Origin: a virus
Reading direction: 5' to 3' (one strand)
IMG/VR virus record: IMGVR_UViG_3300029787_000005
Span: 1-64,000 of that record
Length of the DNA: 64,000 bases
In this document: positions 27,917-37,132 of the stretch, one piece after another
How positions within the stretch are numbered: the stretch's first letter is position 1
How the letters are laid out: every line of letters begins with the position of its first letter
Made by a program: the position numbers and the translations under genes
Notes under the pieces: generated by a model
What the model saw: the letters and a program-made list of their open reading frames with translations, nothing else
Database searches by the model: none
What the model was told of the DNA's origin: nothing

Positions 27917-28811
27917 AGAAGTAGAATGGAGTCACATAACCGAAGCTAACAAGTCTACTTGGCCAAATTGGGATGATTATAATGGAGTGTTTATATCTCT
28001 TGGTTGCAGTCACACAGCCGGAAGTGAGATTGATAGTATGGGTGATAATGACGAACAGAGACAAAAATCTTATGGTGCTAAACTAGCAGAGAAGTTTGGT
28101 TACCAGCATTTGAACTATGCACAGTGTGGTGGTAGTAATCATAGAATATTTGATCAGTTCTGTGCAATCATGGCCGACATAGAATCTGGATATGGTTACT
28201 ATGCTCCTGTAAGAGAAGACTTCAACTATTTCTTTCTAATAGGATGGACTAGTTTGAATAGACTTGATCTGAGATACAAACAAGAAGACGATAATGAGTG
28301 GAAACAAGCTGGTCATTATGGTGACCGAGCTGATAACAAATATATTCCAGCTACTGTTGGTACTAATCCACTTATGATTAAAGATAAAGAGATACGTAAG
28401 GCATTTGATATGGCTTATATCTATGCAGATGATGTGATTGCTGCTAATAGACTAGCATCTTATATCTTTGCAATACAAAATATCATGATATCGTCTCCAT
28501 ATAAATACTATATGTTCAATGCGATTGAAAACTTTTACGATACACATACATCTCGTAAAGACCTTAATCAATCGTACAATCCAATTAGGTTTCCCCCATT
28601 TGTAGGAAACCAAAAGATTTATCAGAATATTGATACAAGGTTTTACTACAAGCCCATGGACAAACATTTCAACTATTATAGATGGTGCACTGAGGTTAAA
28701 GGTCATTCACCAAAAAGCCAAACATATTGGCATCTTGGAGAACAAGCTCATATAGATTGGGCAGAACATATTTACCCGGAGATAATTAATGCTTATCCAG
28801 ATTTGGCATAG
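27909..28811 (+). CDS. SGNH-like hydrolase/acyltransferase
   Basis: LGCSHTAG, N.A..GGSN.RI, IGWT..R and C-terminal H....H..WA. Confidence 0.55.
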   Translation: MSEEVEWSHITEANKSTWPNWDDYNGVFISLGCSHTAGSEIDSMGDNDEQRQKSYGAKLAEKFGYQHLNYAQCGGSNHRIFDQFCAIMADIESGYGYYAPVREDFNYFFLIGWTSLNRLDLRYKQEDDNEWKQAGHYGDRADNKYIPATVGTNPLMIKDKEIRKAFDMAYIYADDVIAANRLASYIFAIQNIMISSPYKYYMFNAIENFYDTHTSRKDLNQSYNPIRFPPFVGNQKIYQNIDTRFYYKPMDKHFNYYRWCTEVKGHSPKSQTYWHLGEQAHIDWAEHIYPEIINAYPDLA

Positions 28812-28908
28812 TTTTATTGATTGGATAACATATCCATACATAAGATACAAAAGAAGAAAAAGACTTGCAGAGATCCGTAAACACGATCCATTTATCTATG
28901 AGGAATGA
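28789..28908 (+). CDS. small phage protein (39 aa)
   Basis: GGAGA RBS; ...KRRKRLAEIRKHDPFIYEE, read by hand. Confidence 0.55.
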   Translation: MLIQIWHSFIDWITYPYIRYKRRKRLAEIRKHDPFIYEE

Positions 28909-29163
28909 GTGATGGCACTATATACTATCTACACCAGAGATCTATGTGGCTTTTGTGATGCAGCAAAGGCACTTATGGATTCATTGAATCTTCCATACGA
29001 AGAATTTAATCTTGAATCACATCCACACCACAGAGATGAGTTACTTTCAAAGGTACCTCCTGGAACTACTACTGTTCCACAAATATTTGTCGGTGACCTA
29101 CACATTGGTGGCTTTGATGACTTCAAAGTATATGTAGAGGAATCAGTACAAAGCGGAAGATAA
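28909..29163 (+). CDS. glutaredoxin
   Basis: CGFC, TVPQIF, IGG. Confidence 0.9.
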   Translation: MMALYTIYTRDLCGFCDAAKALMDSLNLPYEEFNLESHPHHRDELLSKVPPGTTTVPQIFVGDLHIGGFDDFKVYVEESVQSGR

Positions 29164-29169
29164 TTTATT

Positions 29170-30141
29170 ATGGTAAAATTGACAATAATGGACAGTGGTC
29201 CAGAAAAAAATGAGTTGAATAAAAATGCTTGGGGTGGTACTGAGCTTATGCAAAATAGATTGTATAAGGAGATGCCAAAAGATCTGATTGATCAATTCCA
29301 AATTATTTGTTCTAGACCTCGTAAGTTAAAAGAAGATAAGAAGAGGATACTTTGGTGTCATGATCTTGCACAAGATCCTGAGGTAGAACATTTAAAAGAT
29401 GGTGGTCATGAGAAGTATGACAAACTTGTGTTTGTATCTCATTGGCAATTTCAAGACTACATGTATCATCTTGGTATACCTCATTCATCAGGTTATGTTC
29501 TTCAAAATGCTATTGATCCAATAGATGAACATGAAAAACCAACAGATGAGATCAACCTCGTATACTTTTCAACACCACATAGAGGGTTGGATATATTGGT
29601 TCCTGTATTTGAGGAGATGAGAAACAATCACTTTCAGAGTATAAAGAAACCAGTTAACCTACATGTATACTCTAGTTTCAAATTGTATGGGTGGCCCGAG
29701 AGGGACAAAGAACACAAAGCTCTTATTGATAAGTGTAAGAACACTGAAGGTATTCATTATCATGGAGCTGTACCAAATGCAGAGATGAGAGAAAACTTGA
29801 AGAAGATGCATATCCTTGCATACCCATGTGTATGGCCTGAGACAAGCTGTATGGTTCTTATGGAAGCTATGTCAGCAAAGTTATTGTGTGTTCATAGTTC
29901 ATTTGCTGGGTTACCAGAGACAGCTGCTAACTGGACTATGATGTATCCAGTACATGAAGTAGCTAATGATCATGCTCAGATCTTTGCACAGAATTTGTTT
30001 AACGCAGTATCATTAGTAGATGACAGTGCATTACAAGATAGGTTACATATGCAGAAACAATATACTGATGCATTCTACAATTGGGATGTAAGAGCTATGC
30101 AGTGGAAAATATTTTTGGAAGGCTTAGCAAATGGGGGTTGA
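29170..30141 (+). CDS. glycosyltransferase (GT-B, GT4-like)
   Basis: GGTE, FVS.WQ, STPHRGL, YP..W.ETSC...MEAM. Confidence 0.85.
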   Translation: MVKLTIMDSGPEKNELNKNAWGGTELMQNRLYKEMPKDLIDQFQIICSRPRKLKEDKKRILWCHDLAQDPEVEHLKDGGHEKYDKLVFVSHWQFQDYMYHLGIPHSSGYVLQNAIDPIDEHEKPTDEINLVYFSTPHRGLDILVPVFEEMRNNHFQSIKKPVNLHVYSSFKLYGWPERDKEHKALIDKCKNTEGIHYHGAVPNAEMRENLKKMHILAYPCVWPETSCMVLMEAMSAKLLCVHSSFAGLPETAANWTMMYPVHEVANDHAQIFAQNLFNAVSLVDDSALQDRLHMQKQYTDAFYNWDVRAMQWKIFLEGLANGG

Positions 30142-30364
30142 TATGTCACCAGAAGAATTTATGGAAATGAAAAAAATAGAGTCCGGTGCCAATATATTAT
30201 GGGATAGGATATCAGACCAAGGTAGATATAATGTATATAAGGTTGTATCAGAACTTCAAGAACTATTAGATACCATAGATGATGAGTTTGCTGTAACAAA
30301 GAAACAAAGAGAGTATTTAAGAAGAGTGAGGTTATCCTGTGACAAAGTATTCGGTTCCAACTAG
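30131..30364 (+). CDS. hypothetical protein
   Basis: 77-aa ORF within the operon. Confidence 0.6.
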   Translation: MGVDMSPEEFMEMKKIESGANILWDRISDQGRYNVYKVVSELQELLDTIDDEFAVTKKQREYLRRVRLSCDKVFGSN

Positions 30365-30989
30365 CGAAAAACTAACACCAGACAATCAAGAAGAGTTCAG
30401 AGAGTTCTTAATTCAACAAAGAGAGTTAGGAATGGCTGATCGTAATGCTGATTGGTTTGACTATCTACTTGATAAAGATTTCTGGAAAACATATCCTATG
30501 TGGACATTCTCAAAGATAGATGGTGAGATATGGTGTTGTGCAGCTGTACAAAAGCATAACTTTCCTGTTGGTATCTATAGAGTAATGTCAAGACTTTATG
30601 TAGCACCTAAGTTCCGTAAGAGGACCAGTGAGCTACTTGGACCGGTTCAGAGAGGCGTATACAAGGCTGATTGGCCGGCTAAATCAGCTTATCTGTTTCC
30701 TATGCAAAGAAAAATGGCATCATCTGGTAGAAACTCAATGATCATGACAATGGAACATGTCCAGAGAATCAGACCATTGAATGTTATATGTAAGTTTTTC
30801 AATAAGCAATATGATACTAGCTTCAAGGTAGTCAAGGATAAAATGTTTAAGACATTCCCAGATGAGAACAATTGGAAAGCATGGCAAGTACTTGCGTGGG
30901 AAGGGAATCATACCCCACCCATTGAAAATATTAGTGTAGATGAATGGAAAGAAAGATTTCCTGAAGCTACTCTTTCAATTTCCAAGTAG
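30339..30989 (+). CDS. GNAT-like hypothetical protein
   Basis: RLYVAPKFRKR resembles GNAT motif A. Confidence 0.45.
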   Translation: MTKYSVPTSEKLTPDNQEEFREFLIQQRELGMADRNADWFDYLLDKDFWKTYPMWTFSKIDGEIWCCAAVQKHNFPVGIYRVMSRLYVAPKFRKRTSELLGPVQRGVYKADWPAKSAYLFPMQRKMASSGRNSMIMTMEHVQRIRPLNVICKFFNKQYDTSFKVVKDKMFKTFPDENNWKAWQVLAWEGNHTPPIENISVDEWKERFPEATLSISK

Positions 30990-31293
30990 TGGCAGTTACT
31001 TTATTACCAAATACAATAACACAAGCAGTAGTACCTCCTCTAGCTGGAGCTAACTCTACAGCATGGACTACGTTTAGTACCGTATTATAGTATATTACAC
31101 CTATTGTATTGTGTAATGGATCTTCATACTTAAAGATAACCTGTTCGTTCTTGTCATCATTAAACTTTTTAAACATTGCATTAGTATTCATACATGCTGC
31201 TGGTTTACTGCTCATGTATGCACCATCTGCTTGAGCTAAGGCTGCCGTACTAACAAATAGCGAGATCAGTACACCAACTAAAATTTTATACAC
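30967..31293 (-). CDS. hypothetical secreted protein
   Basis: GTG start; signal peptide MYKILVGVLISLFVSTAALA. Confidence 0.65.
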   Translation of the reverse strand: MYKILVGVLISLFVSTAALAQADGAYMSSKPAACMNTNAMFKKFNDDKNEQVIFKYEDPLHNTIGVIYYNTVLNVVHAVELAPARGGTTACVIVFGNKVTATTWKLKE

Positions 31294-31948
31294 TGTATTT
31301 CTCCTTATAAAGAGATCTATATTGTTGGAAGAGATTGATATAATCATCTCTCTTTTCAATAAATAATTGAGGTTCATCTTGTTCTACAGCTATCACAGTT
31401 ACTATTCTTGAGATAGGTATTTTTGTCCGTTCTTCAAACATAACTGCATATGCTGCTTCTTGCATAAAGTAATTGTGAATCCAAGACCGCTGCTTTCTTT
31501 TGTTTGCTGTCTTGAAGTCAATGATTGCAGGCTTACCTTTGAATGTACCAATACAATCAACACGACCTGCAGTCTCAAGGTAGTCACTATACAATGGACA
31601 TTCTATTGCATAGACGTTCTCTAAGTATGTATCTAATATAGGCTTGATCTGTTTGAACATAAACAGATTAACTGGTAACACATTCTCAAAGTCTAGTTCT
31701 TTATTGTTAACATAATCTTCAACCAACTTATGCACCTTAGTACCTCGTGATGAGGCCTTTGATGATATTTTATTGGCTTGTTCGTTACCAACTCTCTTAC
31801 GCCACTTCTTGATACTATCAATGGTAGCTAGACTACACACAGTAGTTACAGAAGGATACTTATTACCTTCTGGTGTAAGATAGAATCTTTTCTTATCTTC
31901 TGTAATAGTTTCAAGCTCATCAAATTCAACTAATGTGTGTTTAAACAT
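31286..31948 (-). CDS. PD-(D/E)XK exonuclease (T4-like marine phage exonuclease)
   Basis: YPSVTT, WR..VG, RGT.VH, AGRVDCI, IIDFKT, YF.Q..AYA. Confidence 0.9.
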   Translation of the reverse strand: MFKHTLVEFDELETITEDKKRFYLTPEGNKYPSVTTVCSLATIDSIKKWRKRVGNEQANKISSKASSRGTKVHKLVEDYVNNKELDFENVLPVNLFMFKQIKPILDTYLENVYAIECPLYSDYLETAGRVDCIGTFKGKPAIIDFKTANKRKQRSWIHNYFMQEAAYAVMFEERTKIPISRIVTVIAVEQDEPQLFIEKRDDYINLFQQYRSLYKEKYSV

Positions 31949-32696
31949 ACCCAAGGTTGCTCTTCTCAATAATATACTCCCGGACTATACCGGATCTCAC
32001 TATGTCGTCCACTCCAAATTCAAAACTTGTAAACGACTCAATGTTATTTAGTATCTTTTGAAACTGCTTCAAACCATTTTTATCTTGCTCAAGAGTTAAG
32101 TCCGTTTGTCTGTAATCACCACAAAATATAATCCTACAGTTCTCACCTACTCTGGTTATAAGACTATCAAGTTCGTGGAAGTTCATGTTGTTCATTTCAT
32201 CTACAACAATAACACAGTTGCGAAATGTAGTACCTCTGACAAAACTTGTTGTGATAAACTCTACCATATTCTTGTTGGATAGTATATCATATGCATCACC
32301 ACGTCCATATAACTCACTGGCTATCTGCCTATATGGCTCTGAATAAACCGCAGATTTCTGCTGCCAATTGCCAGGCAAAAACCCCATGTCTCTTGTGGGA
32401 ACTACCGATCTAACAATGTATACTTTCTGAGGTCCATCACCAAGAGGGTTATTCTGTATCTCATTCAATGCAAGATACATTGAAAGAAAAGTCTTACCTG
32501 TACCTGCCATACCATGTAACACTAAGTGGTTACCAGACTCATATGCATCCAAGACCTGTTCTTGAGTATCAGTTAGATCAAAGGCACTTTCAATATCAAT
32601 AAGATTGAACTTACCTTGTCGGACTTCATTGTGTTCATCCAACAGCCCATCTTGACGTAGCATACGCTTCTGACGCTTAGTTAATCTACGAGCCAT
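31941..32696 (-). CDS. phoH: PhoH-family ATPase
   Basis: GMAGTGKT, RS.V..R.MGFLPG, RGTT, VDE..N, GD..Q.DL, DIVRSG. Confidence 0.95.
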   Translation of the reverse strand: MARRLTKRQKRMLRQDGLLDEHNEVRQGKFNLIDIESAFDLTDTQEQVLDAYESGNHLVLHGMAGTGKTFLSMYLALNEIQNNPLGDGPQKVYIVRSVVPTRDMGFLPGNWQQKSAVYSEPYRQIASELYGRGDAYDILSNKNMVEFITTSFVRGTTFRNCVIVVDEMNNMNFHELDSLITRVGENCRIIFCGDYRQTDLTLEQDKNGLKQFQKILNNIESFTSFEFGVDDIVRSGIVREYIIEKSNLGYV

Positions 32697-32697
32697 A

Positions 32698-32925
32698 TCA
32701 AATATCAATCGTATTACCGGCGCCAGATCCTTTTTTAACAGTCTTCAGAAGGTCTTTCCACCCTGAGTCTGTTTTGAAGCCTCCAACACCACCAATAATG
32801 TTAGGAGCTGTTATTACTTTTCTTAGATGGGGATGTTGTACTAATAACTCTTGGAGCTCAGTATACTTCACATTTACATCATATGTTTTGTTTGTCTTGG
32901 TGTCTTCGATAGTATAAGTTGGCAC
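32698..32925 (-). CDS. conserved small phage protein upstream of phoH
   Basis: MPTY...HP.L......P....G....D.GWKD.L pattern typical of T4-like marine phages. Confidence 0.7.
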   Translation of the reverse strand: MPTYTIEDTKTNKTYDVNVKYTELQELLVQHPHLRKVITAPNIIGGVGGFKTDSGWKDLLKTVKKGSGAGNTIDI

Positions 32926-33092
32926 TAGATTTCGTCTTCCATATCCATTATATATTGCACATCTTTTGTACGAAGAGCTGCATTTACTTTGTTTTTATTT
33001 TTACGAGCATTGATAGCTTTTTTGAACTTGAGAGATTTTTTCTCATCTCCTTCATCATATTCATAAGGGGATGACTTGTGGACGGGACTCAT
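32925..33092 (-). CDS. hypothetical protein (55 aa)
   Basis: AGGAGG RBS; MSPVHKSSPYEYDE..., read by hand. Confidence 0.55.
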   Translation of the reverse strand: MSPVHKSSPYEYDEGDEKKSLKFKKAINARKNKNKVNAALRTKDVQYIMDMEDEI

Positions 33093-33101
33093 GTTAGCCT
33101 C

Positions 33102-33548
33102 CTATTTTGTTTGGATCTGGGGGAAAGCCTTTTCTACCACACCAGTGGATACACCTTTAATTGCTCCACTTTTCATTTCTAAAACTAACTTAGCATCCTT
33201 GGGGGCTATTGTTTCAAGGAGCTGTATAAACACTACCTCTCTTTTTGCTGGTTTGATATTTTCCAATACATTACCATCAACTGAAATGAAGTACTTCATC
33301 ATTCTCATCTTGCCTATAAGGGCACCTTCTAGATCTGTACCTTCACCATCTTCATTCACACCTTCAGCTGGTTTATATGGAGGCTCACCTTCTGGGAGCA
33401 ACCATTTGATACCTGGATTGTATGTCAGTTGTAGTAAGTCAATTAGTGCTGTAGATTCATTATTTTGTAGAATCTCAGACTTTATTTTAACGTTTTTAGA
33501 TTTCCTAACTTCGTCAATTATCTCATACAGAGCTTTAGTATAAGCCAT
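33102..33548 (-). CDS. conserved T4-like hypothetical protein (DUF6433-like)
   Basis: W.LPEG.PPY, KRE..FIQLLE, DA.L....K, V..AFP; sits downstream of rnh. Confidence 0.75.
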   Translation of the reverse strand: MAYTKALYEIIDEVRKSKNVKIKSEILQNNESTALIDLLQLTYNPGIKWLLPEGEPPYKPAEGVNEDGEGTDLEGALIGKMRMMKYFISVDGNVLENIKPAKREVVFIQLLETIAPKDAKLVLEMKSGAIKGVSTGVVEKAFPQIQTK

Positions 33549-34423
33549 TAAAAATCACCTATGTTTTCTATTAATCCTTTAAGTTTCTTGTTGAGGAAAT
33601 ACGTATAGAGTTGATCACGTTTTGGTTCAAATTCCTCATTATATTGCTTCTTCACTTCATCTTTAATATAGTCTGGAATAAGAGACAAGTCAACGAGTCG
33701 TCTATTCCTATTCCAATTAGTTATGTGATCTGTATGATAGTTCTCTATTTCTTCAATATTTCTCATATCAACAAAAGTATTTAGTACTTTAGAACGCAAT
33801 GGCTTTTGTCTGCCATTGATAAAGCAATCATCTTTAGATAAGATGTTTGGTATACCATCACCTCGGTCACCCTTGGCAATGTGTTCAATTAAATACTTCT
33901 CAGGATTGTCATGCTTGATCCAACGCTTACGTACTGGGTCATACTGACTTACATTACTGTATTTGTGAAGCTGTATAAAGTCTTTATCACCAGACATTAT
34001 CAATACTGGCTTAGAGTGACCATTCATTAGATGAGAACCCTCAATGTCATGAATGATAGTAGCTATGAGATCATCTGCCTCAGCAGACTCAACTTGTATA
34101 ACTTTATATGGAAAGTACTCTCTTATCTCTTCTCTGATAGCATTCAAACACGAGAACAGATTACTCCAATCAAGATCAGATTCATTTCTTGCTTTCTTAC
34201 GATTGGCTTTGTAATATGGATATAGCTTTTTACGCCAGAAGTTCTTATCATCACAGCATATTACTAACTCACCATATTGTTCTGTAAATTTGTTTCTGTA
34301 TCCTCTGAGAGAATTCAGGACCATATGTCTAACTAGGTCTTCATTAAGTTCAACGTTATGGTGACTTCCTATCTGTGCCATCAAATTAGAAATCATCACT
34401 TGGTTCATATCAACTAAAATCAT
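33548..34423 (-). CDS. rnh: T4-type RNase H (5'-3' exonuclease)
   Basis: ILVD.NQ, WRK..YPYYK.NR, EADD, SGDKDF.QL, GDRGDGIPN. Confidence 0.95.
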   Translation of the reverse strand: MILVDMNQVMISNLMAQIGSHHNVELNEDLVRHMVLNSLRGYRNKFTEQYGELVICCDDKNFWRKKLYPYYKANRKKARNESDLDWSNLFSCLNAIREEIREYFPYKVIQVESAEADDLIATIIHDIEGSHLMNGHSKPVLIMSGDKDFIQLHKYSNVSQYDPVRKRWIKHDNPEKYLIEHIAKGDRGDGIPNILSKDDCFINGRQKPLRSKVLNTFVDMRNIEEIENYHTDHITNWNRNRRLVDLSLIPDYIKDEVKKQYNEEFEPKRDQLYTYFLNKKLKGLIENIGDF

Positions 34424-34438
34424 AACTATTCCTTTGTG

Positions 34439-34780
34439 TTAGCCATCCTCTTCATCAAAATCTTCAAAGCTGATATCGGCATCTTTTAAGTTAATGATGT
34501 TTTGAGCAAACTCTTGTAGAGGATGTTTTTGCTCAAGAGATCTGCACATTGCAGACTTAATAGCTTCACTGATTAATACAAGATCATATTTTATATCAGT
34601 GCTGCTTCGAAGGTCAAACCCATGCGTTTCCAGTGATCTGAATACATCAAAAGCAAAGTCAGTAGCATGATCTTGTATGAACTTCTGTCTTATAGCTTCC
34701 GCATGAGCTTTGAGTTCAGCTTCATTTTGCGGAGGACGTAAACCAACTTTGTGTGTGGGAAATGCAATTACATTCGACAT
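34439..34780 (-). CDS. hypothetical protein
   Basis: 113-aa ORF starting MSNVIAFP. Confidence 0.75.
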   Translation of the reverse strand: MSNVIAFPTHKVGLRPPQNEAELKAHAEAIRQKFIQDHATDFAFDVFRSLETHGFDLRSSTDIKYDLVLISEAIKSAMCRSLEQKHPLQEFAQNIINLKDADISFEDFDEEDG

Positions 34781-34807
34781 ATATAGCCCTCTAACATTGT
34801 TTACTTG

Positions 34808-35434
34808 TTATTTAGGCTTCTTTCGTGCCTTGGTTTTTCTCTTTACTTTTGTTTTTGTTTTAGGCTTTACGTCATCAAACTCAGGTATACCATAGTATTC
34901 ATCATTCATTTCTTGTGTCCAGAGACCAATATCTTGATACCATGTACCTACTTGACGTTTGACCATACCAATAAATGGATCGGCAGGATGCCAATGATAA
35001 GCATTGACTCTTACAATACTATTGATTCTGCCTTCCATATTCTCACCCCACCTAAAGTCCAACCACACTCCAGTACGGAGATATGATTGCATATTATGGA
35101 CATAGGTTTCGAGAATGTTAACCTCATTGTTTAGCTCTCTGTTCTTTTCATTGAGCTTGAGGCTTGCTTTTGCAGCCGCTAGTCTTTCTTGATTAGATCT
35201 GATCCACTTTCTCACAGTAGTGACATTTACTGGATCTTTATCATCTCTGCTTACAGAGTGATGTACAGACTTATGCTCAGAAGGACCTTTAGCTGCTCTA
35301 GCTTTAGCTAAACGCTCAGCACGTTCAGCTTTCTGTTCAGGAGTTAGTGGCTTCCTGATCTTGCGTATCTTCTTCTTGGGTGCCCCATCCTTCGGCAATG
35401 CTCGTGTCGATCTCTTTGCTAGTCGCATCTTCAT
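34808..35434 (-). CDS. conserved basic hypothetical phage protein
   Basis: 208 aa; ERLAKARAA...V..WI...YL..G.W. Confidence 0.75.
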   Translation of the reverse strand: MKMRLAKRSTRALPKDGAPKKKIRKIRKPLTPEQKAERAERLAKARAAKGPSEHKSVHHSVSRDDKDPVNVTTVRKWIRSNQERLAAAKASLKLNEKNRELNNEVNILETYVHNMQSYLRTGVWLDFRWGENMEGRINSIVRVNAYHWHPADPFIGMVKRQVGTWYQDIGLWTQEMNDEYYGIPEFDDVKPKTKTKVKRKTKARKKPK

Positions 35435-35594
35435 CTCGCTTTAAGTGTTGTGTCCATTGGAAGAAGTCCATCTTGGCTTCTTCAGGGGTCATGTCAAATC
35501 TATGTTCTAAGTGCCTAGGCGCTTCAAACATATTTACCTTCCCGGATGCTCTTAACTCATCCAGGAAGACAAATACTTCATTTCTTGATACCAT
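35337..35594 (-). CDS. hypothetical protein
   Basis: FLD.LR.SG..NMF.A...L motif common in phages. Confidence 0.7.
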   Translation of the reverse strand: MVSRNEVFVFLDELRASGKVNMFEAPRHLEHRFDMTPEEAKMDFFQWTQHLKRDEDATSKEIDTSIAEGWGTQEEDTQDQEATNS

Positions 35595-35603
35595 TATGTA
35601 CTC

Positions 35604-35750
35604 CTAAGTGAAAGGGAATGTTACAATATTTATAACACCTTCCATAGCATATTGAGCCAAATCAACTGTGGTACCTATAATACCATATGCTGCCATAAAT
35701 GCCAAAGGAAGCGCAAAGAACACTCCACCTACTACTAATACAGTTTCCAT
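35604..35750 (-). CDS. small membrane protein (48 aa)
   Basis: METVLVVGGVFFALPLAFMAAYGII..., read by hand. Confidence 0.5.
   Translation of the reverse strand: METVLVVGGVFFALPLAFMAAYGIIGTTVDLAQYAMEGVINIVTFPFT
35627..35634 (-). promoter_or_regulatory. T4-type late promoter
   Basis: TATAAATA on the minus strand upstream of 35594. Confidence 0.5.
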
Positions 35751-36094
35751 TATTTCATACTCCATTTTCCGTTTTCATAACACATTGCACCCTCAGTATC
35801 AGGAATAGACCTGCAAAACTTTTCATCAAAGTTTAGTTGTAATCCATTCTTTCTGATATCCTCAAAGCGCGCTTGCTGATGTTGTCTAGTCTTATAAAGA
35901 TCAATCAATTCCGTCTTATTGACAACGGTCTTACATGATATCATTTTACAAAAGATAGATCCACCAACTACACTAGCTGCAATAGAGAGCGGCTCAACAG
36001 CTTGAGCCGGACTTACTGCAATACTACTGGCCAGTATAAGACTTAATGACAGCTTGTTGTTCATCATTCTTCTCCTTCTTGGATGCAGCAACAT
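35750..36094 (-). CDS. hypothetical secreted protein
   Basis: Signal peptide MNNKLSLSLILASSIAVSPAQA. Confidence 0.65.
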   Translation of the reverse strand: MLLHPRRRRMMNNKLSLSLILASSIAVSPAQAVEPLSIAASVVGGSIFCKMISCKTVVNKTELIDLYKTRQHQQARFEDIRKNGLQLNFDEKFCRSIPDTEGAMCYENGKWSMK

Positions 36095-36689
36095 TCTTAT
36101 CTAACTCTTTAAATGCAGTGTTAGATCGGATCTTAGCCATCAACATCCTATCTTTCTTGAGACGATTCATGAGAACTTTACTAGCTTCCTCATCGTTATA
36201 CTTCAGTAGTACATAAGCTCGGAACTGATTACCAGCAGACTGTACAACATTCTCAACTAAGCTGTAGCCAGAGACATCAGTATCAGCAACTAGATTCTTA
36301 GTCACTCTTTCGAGCTCATTTATCACAGAGGTGTCTACAGCTGTAGAACCAACCTTAGCAATAAAGTTTTTAGTCTGAGATCTCAACTGACTCTGAAACC
36401 TATCAGCCAGAGTAGTCTTAGCCATTAGTATAGCCATATCAACAGACAATTGTAGATCTGGTGTAGCAGAAGTACCTACAGCATATATACTATCTTCAGA
36501 CTTAGGCATTTTCAGATACCAATCAGGGATCTTATCAACCTGTTCCTTATTAGCTTTCACATTATATGCATACAGAGCTTTAGCTCCATAAGGCGGTGTA
36601 TCTTCCAAACTAGATATGTTTGTAGATCCACAAGCAGTTAAGCCTAACAGACCCAACCCAGTTACACCAATCTTAATCGACCTATTCAT
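36024..36689 (-). CDS. lipoprotein (LPP20-like)
   Basis: Lipobox LTAC-G; P.WY...P....IYAVG...S.DLQL....A...AK..LA. Confidence 0.75.
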   Translation of the reverse strand: MNRSIKIGVTGLGLLGLTACGSTNISSLEDTPPYGAKALYAYNVKANKEQVDKIPDWYLKMPKSEDSIYAVGTSATPDLQLSVDMAILMAKTTLADRFQSQLRSQTKNFIAKVGSTAVDTSVINELERVTKNLVADTDVSGYSLVENVVQSAGNQFRAYVLLKYNDEEASKVLMNRLKKDRMLMAKIRSNTAFKELDKNVAASKKEKNDEQQAVIKSYTGQ

Positions 36690-37132
36690 TATGAACTCCC
36701 TTCACGCAGGCCTTTGAAAAATCCTCTAAAGAACGCCTTAGTGTTCCATCGAGGTACTCGCTTACCTTTATAGTCTATCAAAAGCGGATCTTTGTCAACA
36801 GGTCCTAATAATACTACTTTCTGTACTGGTTCTACAGGAGCAGCCTTAGGTACCTTAGCAACTACAACAGGCTTTTGACGTTCTTCAATGTAGTCGAGTC
36901 TATTTTGGACTTCTCGCAATGTTGATTCTAACTTTCTTGTTCTTTCAAGAGCATTAGCATCAAAGCCACAGTCCGCAGTAATCTTGCTAGTGAGAATCTC
37001 CTTACCATTCTTATCTGTTGTGACAGTGGTAGTTTTTCTCACATTACAAGGATCAGGTCCAGCAGCCATTGCTTCAGTGCTCATCAGAGCAACTGAAGCG
37101 GCTACTAGAACAATTTTAGGAAGCATATTCAA
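36689..37132 (-). CDS. hypothetical secreted protein
   Basis: Signal peptide MNMLPKIVLVAASVALMSTEAMA. Confidence 0.65.
   Translation of the reverse strand: MNMLPKIVLVAASVALMSTEAMAAGPDPCNVRKTTTVTTDKNGKEILTSKITADCGFDANALERTRKLESTLREVQNRLDYIEERQKPVVVAKVPKAAPVEPVQKVVLLGPVDKDPLLIDYKGKRVPRWNTKAFFRGFFKGLREGSS

Noticed and set aside
31286-31948. Cas4-like nuclease suggesting a CRISPR system
   Set aside because: No repeat-spacer array or other cas genes seen, and no Fe-S Cys set; it is the common T4-like exonuclease next to phoH
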